A DNA stretch of 64,000 nucleotides from Longimicrobiales bacterium (GCA_046704545.1 JBJKRT010000009.1:42456-106455), one strand, 5' to 3'. Shown: positions 46,653 through 55,665, counted from the first letter of the stretch. Translations and numbers: made by a program. The notes: a model not told the origin generated them from the letters alone.

Positions 46653-48158
46653 TCAGTGGATGCCGCCCATGAGCTTCTTCATCGGCCGGATGAGCAGGAA
46701 CATGATCACGGCCGCCCCGAGCGTGCCCATCGAAACTCCGAAGAAGATCTGCTGCAGCGGTACGCTGGCGAAGAGTCCCGCCACGCGGCCGGCAATGAAG
46801 TTCCCGGTGGCGTCGGCGAGGAACCAGATCCCCATCATCTGACCGACGATGCGCGCGGGCGCGAGCTTCGTCATCGCGCTCAACCCGACCGGGCTCAGCG
46901 AGAGCTCGCCCAGCTCCTGGACGAAGTAGAAGCCGAGGAGCCACTGGATACCGACGCGCGTGCCCGGATCGCCGTGCGTGATGTGGAGCGCGGCGGGGAC
47001 CATGAGCAGGTAGGCCAGCCCGGAGAAGAGCAGCCCCAACGCGAACTTCGTCGGCGTGGACGGCTCCGCCTTCCGCTTCCCGAGCCACACCCAGAGGATG
47101 CCGAAGAGCGGTGCCATGGTCACGACGAAGAGCGGCCCGACGGCCTGCCACCAGCTCGACGGAAAGCCCAGGCCGAAAATCGAGTTGTGCGTGTAGCGGT
47201 CCGCGAAGAGGTTGAGCGTGGAGCCCGCCTGCTCGAACCCGGCCCAGAAGACCGCCGCCGCGAAGTAGAAGACGACGATCGCCCAGATGCGCTTGCGCTC
47301 GACCGGCGTCCACCCGCCCTTGATGAAGAGTCCTGCGAAGTAGAGGATCGGCATCGCGACGAGGAGCGCGCCGACCACGTCGCTCACGCGGTCGACCGTG
47401 ATGCCGACCAGGCCGGAAACGGTCAGCACGAGCGGAATCACGATGACGGCCGCGAGCAGGCTCAGTCCGATGCGGAGCGTGCGCACGTCCTTGGCGTGCT
47501 CTTCGGGCGTGCCCTTGTGCACGTGCAGTCCTGCGTCGCCGAGGTACTTGGCGCCGAGCCACCGGTACTGGATGAGGCCGAGGATCATGCCGACCGTGAC
47601 CGCGCCGAACCCGTAGCGCCACTGGATGGTCTGCCCGAGCCATCCGGTGACGAACGGAGCGACGAGCGCGCCCAGGTTGATTCCCATGTAGAAGATCGAG
47701 AAGCCCGCGTCCCTGCGGGTGTGATCCTCGCCGTACAGCGCGCCGACCATCGTGCTCACGTTCGGCTTGAGCAGCCCCGTACCGATCGTGATGAGGCCGA
47801 GCCCCGTGTAGAACATCTTCCGGCTCGGGAAGGTTAGGCAGAGGTTGCCCGCCGCGATGATCGCACCGCCCCAGAAGACCGCCCGGCGCGCGCCGAGGAA
47901 CCGGTCGGCGATCCACCCTCCGGGGAGGTTCGTCATGTAGACCATGGCGACGTACGTGCCGTACAGAGCACCCGCCGTGGCCACCGTGAGCCCGAGGCCG
48001 TGGTGGATCACGGCGTCGGTCATGTAGAGGATGAGGAGCGCTCTCCCGCCGTAGTAGGAGAACCGCTCGAACATCTCCGTCATGAAGAGGGTGGCCAGGC
48101 CCCGGGGATGGCCGAAGAACGTCTTGTCCGTCGGTACGTTGACCGGCTGGGCGCTCAC
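46653..48158 (-). CDS. Proton-dependent oligopeptide transporter (POT/PTR2, DtpT-like)
   Basis: PTR2 signature FGHPRGLATLFMTEMFERFSYYGGRALLILYM. The track ORF extends to 48266, but GTG 48158, preceded by GGAGA, gives a typical N-terminal length. Confidence 0.85.
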   Translation of the reverse strand: MSAQPVNVPTDKTFFGHPRGLATLFMTEMFERFSYYGGRALLILYMTDAVIHHGLGLTVATAGALYGTYVAMVYMTNLPGGWIADRFLGARRAVFWGGAIIAAGNLCLTFPSRKMFYTGLGLITIGTGLLKPNVSTMVGALYGEDHTRRDAGFSIFYMGINLGALVAPFVTGWLGQTIQWRYGFGAVTVGMILGLIQYRWLGAKYLGDAGLHVHKGTPEEHAKDVRTLRIGLSLLAAVIVIPLVLTVSGLVGITVDRVSDVVGALLVAMPILYFAGLFIKGGWTPVERKRIWAIVVFYFAAAVFWAGFEQAGSTLNLFADRYTHNSIFGLGFPSSWWQAVGPLFVVTMAPLFGILWVWLGKRKAEPSTPTKFALGLLFSGLAYLLMVPAALHITHGDPGTRVGIQWLLGFYFVQELGELSLSPVGLSAMTKLAPARIVGQMMGIWFLADATGNFIAGRVAGLFASVPLQQIFFGVSMGTLGAAVIMFLLIRPMKKLMGGIH

Positions 48159-48301
48159 GCTCGGATCTCCGTCTCGGAGTGGGGTGGAATCCTCGTCGGG
48201 CACCCGGCCGACGGGCACCGCGAAGCCCTGATTTCGGGCATGCGGTGGCTCAGCGCAAGAGGACACGCTGGACAGGGACGGTGCAACGCCGCTTCCTTGT
48301 G

Positions 48302-48517
48302 ATGTCGGAGCAGTCCCGTCGGCCCCAAACCCGAGCGTCGATCGCCGTGAGCAGCGCCGCGACCTTCCTGCTGGCCCATCCCATCTTGCTCGTCCCGATC
48401 CTCCTTCTGGCGGCGATGGTGGTGTTGGCCGTCCTGAAGAAGCTGCTCAAGATCGCGGCGGTGCTCTTGATCGCCGGCGCGCTCTACGTGCTCCTCGTCC
48501 GCTACTTCGGGGGGTAG
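48302..48517 (+). CDS. Small hypothetical membrane protein (two TM segments)
   Basis: Internal ATG of track ORF 48179..48517 (MSEQSRRPQTRASIAV...). Two hydrophobic helices and GC3-rich codons. Confidence 0.45.
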   Translation: MSEQSRRPQTRASIAVSSAATFLLAHPILLVPILLLAAMVVLAVLKKLLKIAAVLLIAGALYVLLVRYFGG

Positions 48518-48616
48518 GAGGCCGGAGCCCGCGGACCGGCGCACCCTGGTTACAGCCGAACGGAACGCCGATATTGGTTCTTTCGCCCCGTCGACCCGAT
48601 CCGAGAGGAACCCTCC

Positions 48617-49204
48617 ATGCGCAGACTCGCAGCGCTCGGCCTCCTCGTGGGAACGCTCTACGCGGCGGCGCCGACACCCGTGACCGCCCAGCAGGCTCAG
48701 GCGCACTTCCTGGCCGTCGGCCAGAAGGCGCCCGACTTTTCGCTGCCGGGCGCGACCCGCTACGGGGTCCTCGCCAATCCGGTGAAGCTGAGCGACTACC
48801 GCGGTGAGACCGTCGTCCTCGCGTTCTTCTACCAGGTGAGGACGCCTGGCTGAACGGTCCAGATGACAGCGTACCGTGATCAGTACGCAAGCCTCTTCCA
48901 CGATGGGCGACACGTCGTCGTCATCGGCATCTCCAACGACTCACCGCAGGCGCTGCACTCCTGGCTGCACGACGCGGACTTCCCGTTCCTGTTCGCGAGC
49001 GAGGCGGGCAACGACGCCGCCACGTATGCGTCCTTCGGTGGTGTGGTTCGGCCGAAGAGCCACCAGATCGGCAGCCGGACCGTCATCGTGATCGACCCCA
49101 AAGGGCGGATCGCCGGCGTGATTCCGAAGTTCAACCAGGTCGATCCCGCCGCCTACAAGAAGCTCGGACAGATGATCGACAAGGTGACGCCGTCGGCGAA
49201 CTGA
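48617..49204 (+). CDS. Exported BCP/AhpC-TSA peroxiredoxin with in-frame TGA at the peroxidatic position (candidate selenocysteine, or a TGC-to-TGA pseudogene)
   Basis: Track ORFs 48617..48853 and 48863..49204 are in the same frame, separated only by TGA 48851-48853. Read-through gives VVLAFFYQVRTPG-U-TVQMTAYRDQY...VVVIGISNDS, which aligns with E. coli Bcp [23 protein letters not shown]...VLGISTD. The conserved Thr and Arg (SRTVIVID) are kept. There is no Cys elsewhere in the protein. It has a signal peptide. Confidence 0.65.
48869..48888 (+). promoter_or_regulatory. Candidate bacterial SECIS hairpin
   Basis: GCGUAC (48869-48874) / GUACGC (48883-48888) forms a 6-bp stem with loop CGUGAUCA. 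The stem starts 15 nt after the UGA, and the loop lies about 22-29 nt after it. The stem is short, so this is only suggestive. Confidence 0.3.
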
Positions 49205-49226
49205 CGGCTCCGAAGGATCCACGAGC

Positions 49227-49256
49227 GGTGGGGGGCACCGTCCGGTGCTCCCCACC
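49227..49256. terminator. Bidirectional hairpin between convergent peroxiredoxin and thioredoxin-like genes
   Basis: GGTGGGGGGCACCG / CGGTGCTCCCCACC gives a 14-position stem with one G-T wobble. Confidence 0.5.
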
Positions 49257-49259
49257 TGC

Positions 49260-49802
49260 TCATGGAGATCCCATCAGCTTCTTGACCTCGGCCGTCAGGT
49301 CCTGCTTCGGACCGACGCCGCTGTAGACCACCTTCCCCTTCGCGTTCAGCATCACCACGACGGACGTGGTGGGGGCATGGTAGGCACGAACCGCCGTGCC
49401 GTTTCCGTCCCACAGGTACGGATAGCCCGGATCGTGCGATGCGAGATGGCGTCGCACGCGCCGACGCGTCTGCGCGACCGCAACGGCGACCGCGACCACG
49501 CTCATCCGGTGACCCCAGCGCTTCTCGATGCGATCCAGCTGAGGCTGCAATGCCTGGCAGTACTCGCACCAGGTGGCCCAGAACTCGATGAGGGCCGGCT
49601 CCCCCTTCTTCACGTAGTGGAGGAGCTGCACCGGCTTGCCTTCGAGGTTCTGGACCTGGACGGCCGGCGCCTCGGTGCCCACCGGAAGGCCCACGACGGC
49701 CTCGTCCGCCTGGGCGCTCGACGCCCCGGGAACGAGCAGGGTCGCGCACAACGTCAGGATCGCCGCAGTCGCGAGGCGGCCGGGGAGGGTCGGAGGATTC
49801 AT
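49260..49802 (-). CDS. TlpA/ResA-like periplasmic thioredoxin-fold protein
   Basis: Track ORF trimmed to ATG 49802, which overlaps the CcdA stop (ATGA). Signal peptide. Active site EFWATWCEYCQ (CxxC). Confidence 0.8.
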   Translation of the reverse strand: MNPPTLPGRLATAAILTLCATLLVPGASSAQADEAVVGLPVGTEAPAVQVQNLEGKPVQLLHYVKKGEPALIEFWATWCEYCQALQPQLDRIEKRWGHRMSVVAVAVAVAQTRRRVRRHLASHDPGYPYLWDGNGTAVRAYHAPTTSVVVMLNAKGKVVYSGVGPKQDLTAEVKKLMGSP

Positions 49803-50530
49803 AGGTTGTATCCCGCCTGTACGAAGTAGTACTCGGCCATGACGAACATGATGAGGGCCGCCAAGCGTTTGGCCCACACCATCCACTTACCCGAACGCGG
49901 AAGCAGGACGAGAGTTCCGGAGAACAGCCCGACGGCGACGAGCAGCGCGCTCATCCCCAGGGAGAAGACGAACAGGTAGACGAAGCCCATGAAGCCCGCC
50001 TTCGTGGCCGCCACCCAGGTCAGCACGACCGCGAACGCGGGGGCTCCGCACGGAGCGGCGACCACGCCCGCGCCGGCCCCCATGAGCAGGACGGCTCCGT
50101 AGGAGCCGCCGTGCTGACGGTCCGCCCACGCCAGCAACCGCCTCGGCACGGGCACCGTGAAGACGTCCAGCATGGTCAGCCCGAAGAGCAGCAGGAGGTT
50201 GCCCACCGCCAAGCGCGCCCATGGACTCGCGCTGACCGTGCCGAACAGCGTACCGGTGAGCCCGGCGGCGAGCCCCAGCGACGCATACACCAGCGCCATC
50301 CCCAGGACGTAGGTCAGCGTGAGTCCGACGGTGCGCAGGCGACCCTGACCCTCGCGACTCGTGCCCGCGATGACCGACACGGTGATCGGAATCATCGGGT
50401 AGACGCACGGTGTGAGGCTGGTGAGCACACCCGCGCCGAAGAGCGTGGCGCACGCCACGAGTGGGCTCGCCGAAAGCGACGAGGCGAGCCCGGAGGACTG
50501 TCCGGCCTGGACCAGCGCGGGCAGGATCAC
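49799..50530 (-). CDS. ccdA: CcdA/DsbD-family transmembrane thiol-disulfide electron transporter
   Basis: GTG start. Six hydrophobic segments. Conserved membrane-embedded Cys in LTPCVYPMIP and APCGAPAF. Confidence 0.85.
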   Translation of the reverse strand: MILPALVQAGQSSGLASSLSASPLVACATLFGAGVLTSLTPCVYPMIPITVSVIAGTSREGQGRLRTVGLTLTYVLGMALVYASLGLAAGLTGTLFGTVSASPWARLAVGNLLLLFGLTMLDVFTVPVPRRLLAWADRQHGGSYGAVLLMGAGAGVVAAPCGAPAFAVVLTWVAATKAGFMGFVYLFVFSLGMSALLVAVGLFSGTLVLLPRSGKWMVWAKRLAALIMFVMAEYYFVQAGYNL

Positions 50531-50543
50531 GCCGGTGCGAGGC

Positions 50544-51077
50544 TCACTGCGATTTCGACCAGTTGACGATCGGGAAGATGGGGAACGCCCCTCCGTGATG
50601 GATGATGTTCAGGAGCCCGATCTGCACGCCGCTCAACGACTCGGCGTAGTTGATGATCCCGAACTGCAGCCCACGGTGGTCCATGTTGGCGACGTTCACG
50701 AACCCGACCTGCCCACCGTTCCCATGGTCCACCGAGTTCACGAGACCCCACTGGAGCCCCTCCATGGCGCCCTGTACCAGGTTCACCGCGTTGAGCTGGA
50801 CGCCGGTGAAGTCGCCCTGGGCGAGCCCGGCCAATCCCCACTGCACCCCGAGGAACGACCTCGTGGTATGGCTGACCAATCCGATGTCCAGACCCGTCAC
50901 GGAGCTGCTGCGCCCGTAGAAGAGGCTCAACCGAATGCCCCGGATCGAGTCCGACTCGGGAAAGAGCTGCATCGGGGTGATGAGCGCGATCTGGAACGGA
51001 TGGGTGCTCTGAGCGGCGAGACGTCCCGGGGCGAGTACGGCGGCCCCGAGCAACGCGGCCAGTAGGAGTCTCTTCAT
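50544..51077 (-). CDS. Secreted repeat protein with G-[VL]-Q-x-G-[LIV]-x-N type repeats
   Basis: Signal peptide, then about seven degenerate 13-16-aa repeats (GLDIGLVS, GVQWGLAG, GVQLNAVN, GLQWGLVN, QVGFVNVAN, GLQFGIIN, GVQIGLLN). The tail FPIFPIVNW resembles the Leptospira LA_2272-type surface repeat family as I recall it. Confidence 0.6.
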   Translation of the reverse strand: MKRLLLAALLGAAVLAPGRLAAQSTHPFQIALITPMQLFPESDSIRGIRLSLFYGRSSSVTGLDIGLVSHTTRSFLGVQWGLAGLAQGDFTGVQLNAVNLVQGAMEGLQWGLVNSVDHGNGGQVGFVNVANMDHRGLQFGIINYAESLSGVQIGLLNIIHHGGAFPIFPIVNWSKSQ

Positions 51078-51234
51078 CGATCGGATCTCCGAAATCAGGG
51101 TGGCGCGGCCCCGGACGATCGTCGAGGCCCGCCACCAACACTGGCACCGAGCCGCCGGACGGTCCAGCGCCGGAGCGTCACTGTGACAGCCGGGGAGCGG
51201 AGGCGCTCCCCCGCAGCCCCGGCGTCTTCGCGCG

Positions 51235-51762
51235 CTACAGCTCCACCCAGATGGGCGGATGCTCCATCGCCTCCAGGAACTTCAGCATGTCGTCGGGCCG
51301 CAACGTCGTCGTCATCGTGTTGACCAGCGGATGGAAGCTCCAGAAGTCGTAGCCGCGCAGCCCCGTGTCCAGCGCTACGGACACCTCGCCTCCGTGATCG
51401 TTGATCACGCCGAACGGCGTCACGGCACCCGGAGTCACCCCGAGGTACTTCATGAGCCGTCCGGGACTCCCGAACGAGAGCCGCTTCATGTCGAGCTTAC
51501 CGGCCAGGGCCGCCAGATCCACGGGACAGTCCTCTCTGGCCACCACGAGGCACATGACACCCTTCTTGTCGCGCACGAACAGGTTCTTCGTATGTGCGCC
51601 CGGCAACTCGCCGCGAAGCGACTTCGCCTCGTCCACGGTGAACACCGCCGGATGATGCACCGTGCTCGGCTCGATCCCGAGCCCGTCCAGGACCTCGAGC
51701 AGGCGCTCCGGGGTCGCGGGCCGGCTCCCGTCGGCGAGCAGAGGCTCGAGGTCGTCCGTCAT
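51235..51762 (-). CDS. YbaK/ProX-type aminoacyl-tRNA editing domain protein
   Basis: HTKNLFVRDKKG and GVTPGAVTPFG motifs. The ATG overlaps the upstream stop (ATGA). Confidence 0.75.
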   Translation of the reverse strand: MTDDLEPLLADGSRPATPERLLEVLDGLGIEPSTVHHPAVFTVDEAKSLRGELPGAHTKNLFVRDKKGVMCLVVAREDCPVDLAALAGKLDMKRLSFGSPGRLMKYLGVTPGAVTPFGVINDHGGEVSVALDTGLRGYDFWSFHPLVNTMTTTLRPDDMLKFLEAMEHPPIWVEL

Positions 51763-52673
51763 AGGATCCGCTCCAGAAATGTGAGGATCTCGTGCGCGAG
51801 TGATTCGGTGGTCGCGGGCGACAGGATGTCTCCTGCCAACACGTGATGGCTGGGGTCTCCGTCTCCCTCCACCCGGTGCATGTGCACCTCCGCGGAGCCG
51901 AGCCGAGCGAGCGCCCTACGGGTCGCGCGCGGCGCCACCACCCTGTCGTGCTTCGAGTACGCCACGAACACCGGCACCGTCACGGTCTCGAGCGGGAGGG
52001 CCCGCACGTCGCGCACCAGCCTCATGAGCGGCAACAGCGCCGACGACGGGTAGCGAACGGTCCAGTGGTGCGCCTGGCGCTCGTTCTCGGGCTCGAATCG
52101 GCGCTCCTTTCCGACCAGCAGCCGCGCGACGAGGCCTCCGACCGGCCAGGCGAGCATCGGCGCCGCCGGATGGCGCAAACCGAAGTTGGGTGACACGAGC
52201 ACGAGCGCGGCGAGCGACCCGCGCCATTCGGGCTGGGTGGCCGCCCACATCGCCAGGGATCCCCCGGTCGACGTGCCCATGAGGACGACGCGCCTGCCGA
52301 GCCGCGCCCCGATCCGCAGCGCTTCGTCCGTGTCCGCGAGCCAGTCCGCCACCGTGGCCTCGCCCATCGCCGCGCCGTCCCGACCGTGACCCGTGAGGCG
52401 CGTGTAGTACACGTTCGCCTCCAGCCCCTCGGCCACGAGCCGGGGAAGCGGCTCCACCTCGTGCCGATCGGCGCTGAAGCCGTGCAGATAGACCAGCGAA
52501 AGAGCGGTCTGTGCATGCCGGGCAGCGTCCGCCCACACGATCGTCTTCGCGGCGTCGGGCCGCAGCGCGGGCACCTCGGCCTCCGAAGACGTCAGCCATG
52601 CGTCCAGATCGTCGGGGAGCTTCACGTGCGCTTCCGTTCCGGTTGTCGCGCGTCCCCGGACGATCCGCTCCAT
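51759..52673 (-). CDS. Alpha/beta hydrolase (lysophospholipase/monoacylglycerol-lipase-like)
   Basis: LVYLHGFS oxyanion region and nucleophile elbow GTSTGGS. Confidence 0.75.
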   Translation of the reverse strand: MERIVRGRATTGTEAHVKLPDDLDAWLTSSEAEVPALRPDAAKTIVWADAARHAQTALSLVYLHGFSADRHEVEPLPRLVAEGLEANVYYTRLTGHGRDGAAMGEATVADWLADTDEALRIGARLGRRVVLMGTSTGGSLAMWAATQPEWRGSLAALVLVSPNFGLRHPAAPMLAWPVGGLVARLLVGKERRFEPENERQAHHWTVRYPSSALLPLMRLVRDVRALPLETVTVPVFVAYSKHDRVVAPRATRRALARLGSAEVHMHRVEGDGDPSHHVLAGDILSPATTESLAHEILTFLERIL

Positions 52674-52681
52674 GGTGGGCG

Positions 52682-53911
52682 TCAGCCGCTCTTCCGATTC
52701 GCCACCAGCTTCTTCAGATCCTGGCCGAGCTGCTTCGACATGTAGCCGGCGAGCCCCGACACCGCCTGGGCCTCGTTGACCTGGATCAGCCCGATGCTGA
52801 ACACGGGAATCGCCTTGGCGTTCTTGGCCTTCGGCACCTTCACCGCCGAGAAGCCCAGCTGCGCACCGGCCTCGAGCTTCTTGAGGATCACCGGGGTGAG
52901 CGGTGTCATGACCCGGATCGGCTTCCCGGTGTCGGCGTCGCCGCTCCAGATGATGTCGGCCTTCCCGAGAGGTCCGAAGTGCAGCAGGTACGTCGTCTCA
53001 CCGGCGATCGGGTGGGGAAGGTCGGCCTCCAGCATGAGCGCCGGGGTCATCACGAGCTTCGGGACGTCGAACGTATAGCCGAGCGAATCCAGAATCGCGT
53101 GCGCCTGGACAATCTGCGTGCTGTCGAGTCCGGACGTGGACCGCAGAACCGGTTGCACCGCGACCGTGACCAGGATGTTGCTACGACGCGCGCTCGTCTC
53201 GGTTCGAGCCCCGCCCAACCCTCCTCCCGGATTGACCTGCACGGGCGTCGGATCCGTCCAGGGAAGGAACTGCTGTATGTCCCAGAGGTCGTTCGCGCTG
53301 TCGACGAACTGGAAGGGGCTGTTGGGCTTCGCGCTGTCGGCCGCCGCCGCCCGACAGATCGTGCTGGAGGTCCCCTGGCAGGCCCTGCGGACGGCACTGC
53401 GCACGAAGACCATCCCCTCGCAGGGGGCCGCCGCCGCCTGCACGGAATCCGCGTGAGCGCTGTCCGCCTGTGCGCGTGCCGCGGCCTGCACGCCGGTCAT
53501 CGCGCGTTGCAGCACGGCCTTGATGGTGTCGCGCCGCTGTTGCCTCACCGCGCGCAGCGAGTCGCTGTTCGTCTCCACGATGCGGCGCGCGAGGGCCTGG
53601 TCGTCGTGGAACCACGTCTTCACCCGGCCCTCGACGGCGTCATTCGAGTCCAGCGAGGGCACGATCGAGGTGTCTTCGAGCGCGACGGCCTCGGCGATGG
53701 AGTCGAGGCGGTTGAAGCGATTCACCTGCGGCTGCATCTCGTGATCCAGCGCGTCGAGGCGAGAGAGCGGCCGGACGCAGCTCCGCGAACGCGCCAGCTC
53801 CGTGGCTGCCATGCCCGCGGGCGCCTTGTCCTGCGCTGCGAGCCCGGCGGCCGTGGCCGCGGACACGAAGAACAGCGCGAGGGTGACGATCGGACGAGCG
53901 AGGGTTCTCAA
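52682..53911 (-). CDS. Hypothetical secreted protein
   Basis: 409-aa ORF with a TTG start after GGAG. It has a signal peptide, four Cys and an Ala/Gln-rich helical N-terminal half. No family recognised. Confidence 0.6.
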   Translation of the reverse strand: MRTLARPIVTLALFFVSAATAAGLAAQDKAPAGMAATELARSRSCVRPLSRLDALDHEMQPQVNRFNRLDSIAEAVALEDTSIVPSLDSNDAVEGRVKTWFHDDQALARRIVETNSDSLRAVRQQRRDTIKAVLQRAMTGVQAAARAQADSAHADSVQAAAAPCEGMVFVRSAVRRACQGTSSTICRAAAADSAKPNSPFQFVDSANDLWDIQQFLPWTDPTPVQVNPGGGLGGARTETSARRSNILVTVAVQPVLRSTSGLDSTQIVQAHAILDSLGYTFDVPKLVMTPALMLEADLPHPIAGETTYLLHFGPLGKADIIWSGDADTGKPIRVMTPLTPVILKKLEAGAQLGFSAVKVPKAKNAKAIPVFSIGLIQVNEAQAVSGLAGYMSKQLGQDLKKLVANRKSG

Positions 53912-54073
53912 TTACATACTCCGTCAGGCTGGGTCGATTCGAACGGATACGATAGCGCGATTGGGCCGAAAAAGGTCCCGGCGCGTCAGCCGCGGGCCTC
54001 GGCGGTCGCGGCGGTGTGGCGCACGGGTCTTCGGCACCTCATCATTGGTGGTCATCCCGAAAGGAGCAATCCG

Positions 54074-54532
54074 ATGGCTTCAGCGGAAACGGGACACCCG
54101 GTGCTCACGGACGAGCGTACCGGGCTCCCCAACCGACTTCAGTTCGAGACAGTCTACCGCTTTCTCTTCTACGGCGCCGACCGCGGCGTACCGTTGACGC
54201 TGATGATGCTGGAGCTGGAGGCAGATGACGAGGCCTCGTTCGTCGGTGCGGCCCATCGCCTGGGGGACGCGACCCGAAGCTCCGATCTGCTCGCCCACCT
54301 CGGCGACGGAAGGTTCGTGATCCTCCTGCTCGGGTGCAACCAGCACGGTGGGCGTCTCGCGGCCGACCGCCTCTCCGGTGTGCTCGGCAGCGTGCGTGGC
54401 ATACGGTTCTCCATCGCGTTGGCGGCATGGCACGAAGAGATGAAGGAGCGCGCCGAGCTCCTGAACGCGGCCGCGAAAGCTCTTGAAGAAGCACGTGCCG
54501 CCGGCGGCGGCGAGGAGATCGGAGTGGCGTGA
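54074..54532 (+). CDS. Stand-alone degenerate GGDEF domain protein (GDGRF in place of GGDEF)
   Basis: C-terminal 152 codons of track ORF 52511..54532. ATG 54074 follows the RBS AAGGAG. It has the DERTGLPNRLQF start of a GGDEF fold, but the active site reads HLGDGRFVILL. Confidence 0.7.
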   Translation: MASAETGHPVLTDERTGLPNRLQFETVYRFLFYGADRGVPLTLMMLELEADDEASFVGAAHRLGDATRSSDLLAHLGDGRFVILLLGCNQHGGRLAADRLSGVLGSVRGIRFSIALAAWHEEMKERAELLNAAAKALEEARAAGGGEEIGVA

Positions 54533-55662
54533 GCGAGCACGAGGAGGTGCAACCGGAAGCGTCGACGGGCGACCCGGCTTCGGATCGCCTCAGGAGGGGG
54601 TTCCTGATGGTGCTGACCGCACTCATCACGGTCCTCTTCCTCTTCATGATCCGAGAGTTCCTCATGGCCATCCTGCTGGCGGCGATCTTCGCCGGCATGG
54701 CACGTCCGGTGCGCGACCGCCTCCAACGTCGCTTCGGCGGGCGTGGCAGGCTCGCATCGGCCAGCACGCTGGTGCTCATCATCCTCGTCGTCATCCTTCC
54801 TCTGACCGCGTTTTTCGGTCTGGTGGCGAAGCAGGCGCTGGACGTGAGCCAGGCCGCAGGCCCGTGGATCGAGCGCCAGATATCGGAAATGGACCAGGTC
54901 GATCAGCACCTGAGGCACATGCCCGTGCTCGACCGGTTCCCGGAGATCCGAGGCTTGCTGCCGAGCAGCGAACAGGTGGGAGCGAAGGCGGGGGAGGTGG
55001 CGTCCAAGGTCGGCTCCTTCCTGGTGAACGGCCTCGCCAGCGTCACGAAGGGGACGGTCGGGTTCCTGTTCCAGCTCTTCATCATGCTGTACGCCATGTA
55101 CTTCTTCCTGGTGAGCGGCGCCGGCATGCTGAAGTGGATCCTGTACTACATCCCGCTCTCGGCCGAGGACGAGGGACGGCTGCTGGAGCGGTTCACTTCC
55201 GTGGCCCGGGCTACGCTCAAGGGCTCGCTGCTCATCGGCGTGGTGCAGGGCACGGTGACCGGCATCGGGTTCTGGATCACCGGGGTGCCGAGCGCGGCCT
55301 TCTGGGGCACGGTGACGATCGTGATGTCGATGGTGCCGGCGATCGGGGCGCTGCTGGTCTGGGCCCCGGCCGTCCTCTACCTGCTGGTCACCGGACACGT
55401 CGGGGGCGGACTGGCGCTCCTCGCGTGGTGCGGCGTGGGCGTGAGCAGCCTCGACAACTTCCTGCGACCCGTTCTCGTGGGACGTGACACGAAGATGTCC
55501 GACCTCATGGTGCTCCTGAGCACGCTCGGGGGCATCACGCTGTTCGGGATGGCGGGATTCATCGTAGGCCCCATCGTCGCGGCGCTTTTCGTCACCGTCT
55601 GGCACCTGTACGGTGAGGCGTTCCGCGAGATGCTGCCCGGCGAGCCTCCGGCGGAGGCGTAA
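54529..55662 (+). CDS. AI-2E family (PerM/YhhT, UPF0118) transporter
   Basis: GTG start overlapping the upstream TGA. Eight hydrophobic segments. The ALLVWAPAVLYLL...LDNFLRP region is typical of the family. Confidence 0.8.
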   Translation: MSEHEEVQPEASTGDPASDRLRRGFLMVLTALITVLFLFMIREFLMAILLAAIFAGMARPVRDRLQRRFGGRGRLASASTLVLIILVVILPLTAFFGLVAKQALDVSQAAGPWIERQISEMDQVDQHLRHMPVLDRFPEIRGLLPSSEQVGAKAGEVASKVGSFLVNGLASVTKGTVGFLFQLFIMLYAMYFFLVSGAGMLKWILYYIPLSAEDEGRLLERFTSVARATLKGSLLIGVVQGTVTGIGFWITGVPSAAFWGTVTIVMSMVPAIGALLVWAPAVLYLLVTGHVGGGLALLAWCGVGVSSLDNFLRPVLVGRDTKMSDLMVLLSTLGGITLFGMAGFIVGPIVAALFVTVWHLYGEAFREMLPGEPPAEA

Positions 55663-55665
55663 GGG

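Noticed and set aside
48854-48877. Alternative stem ACGGU (48854-48858) / ACCGU (48873-48877) as the SECIS element
   Set aside because: It is only 5 bp with a 14-nt loop, weaker than the 6-bp GCGUAC/GUACGC stem. Neither is long enough to be conclusive without a covariance model.
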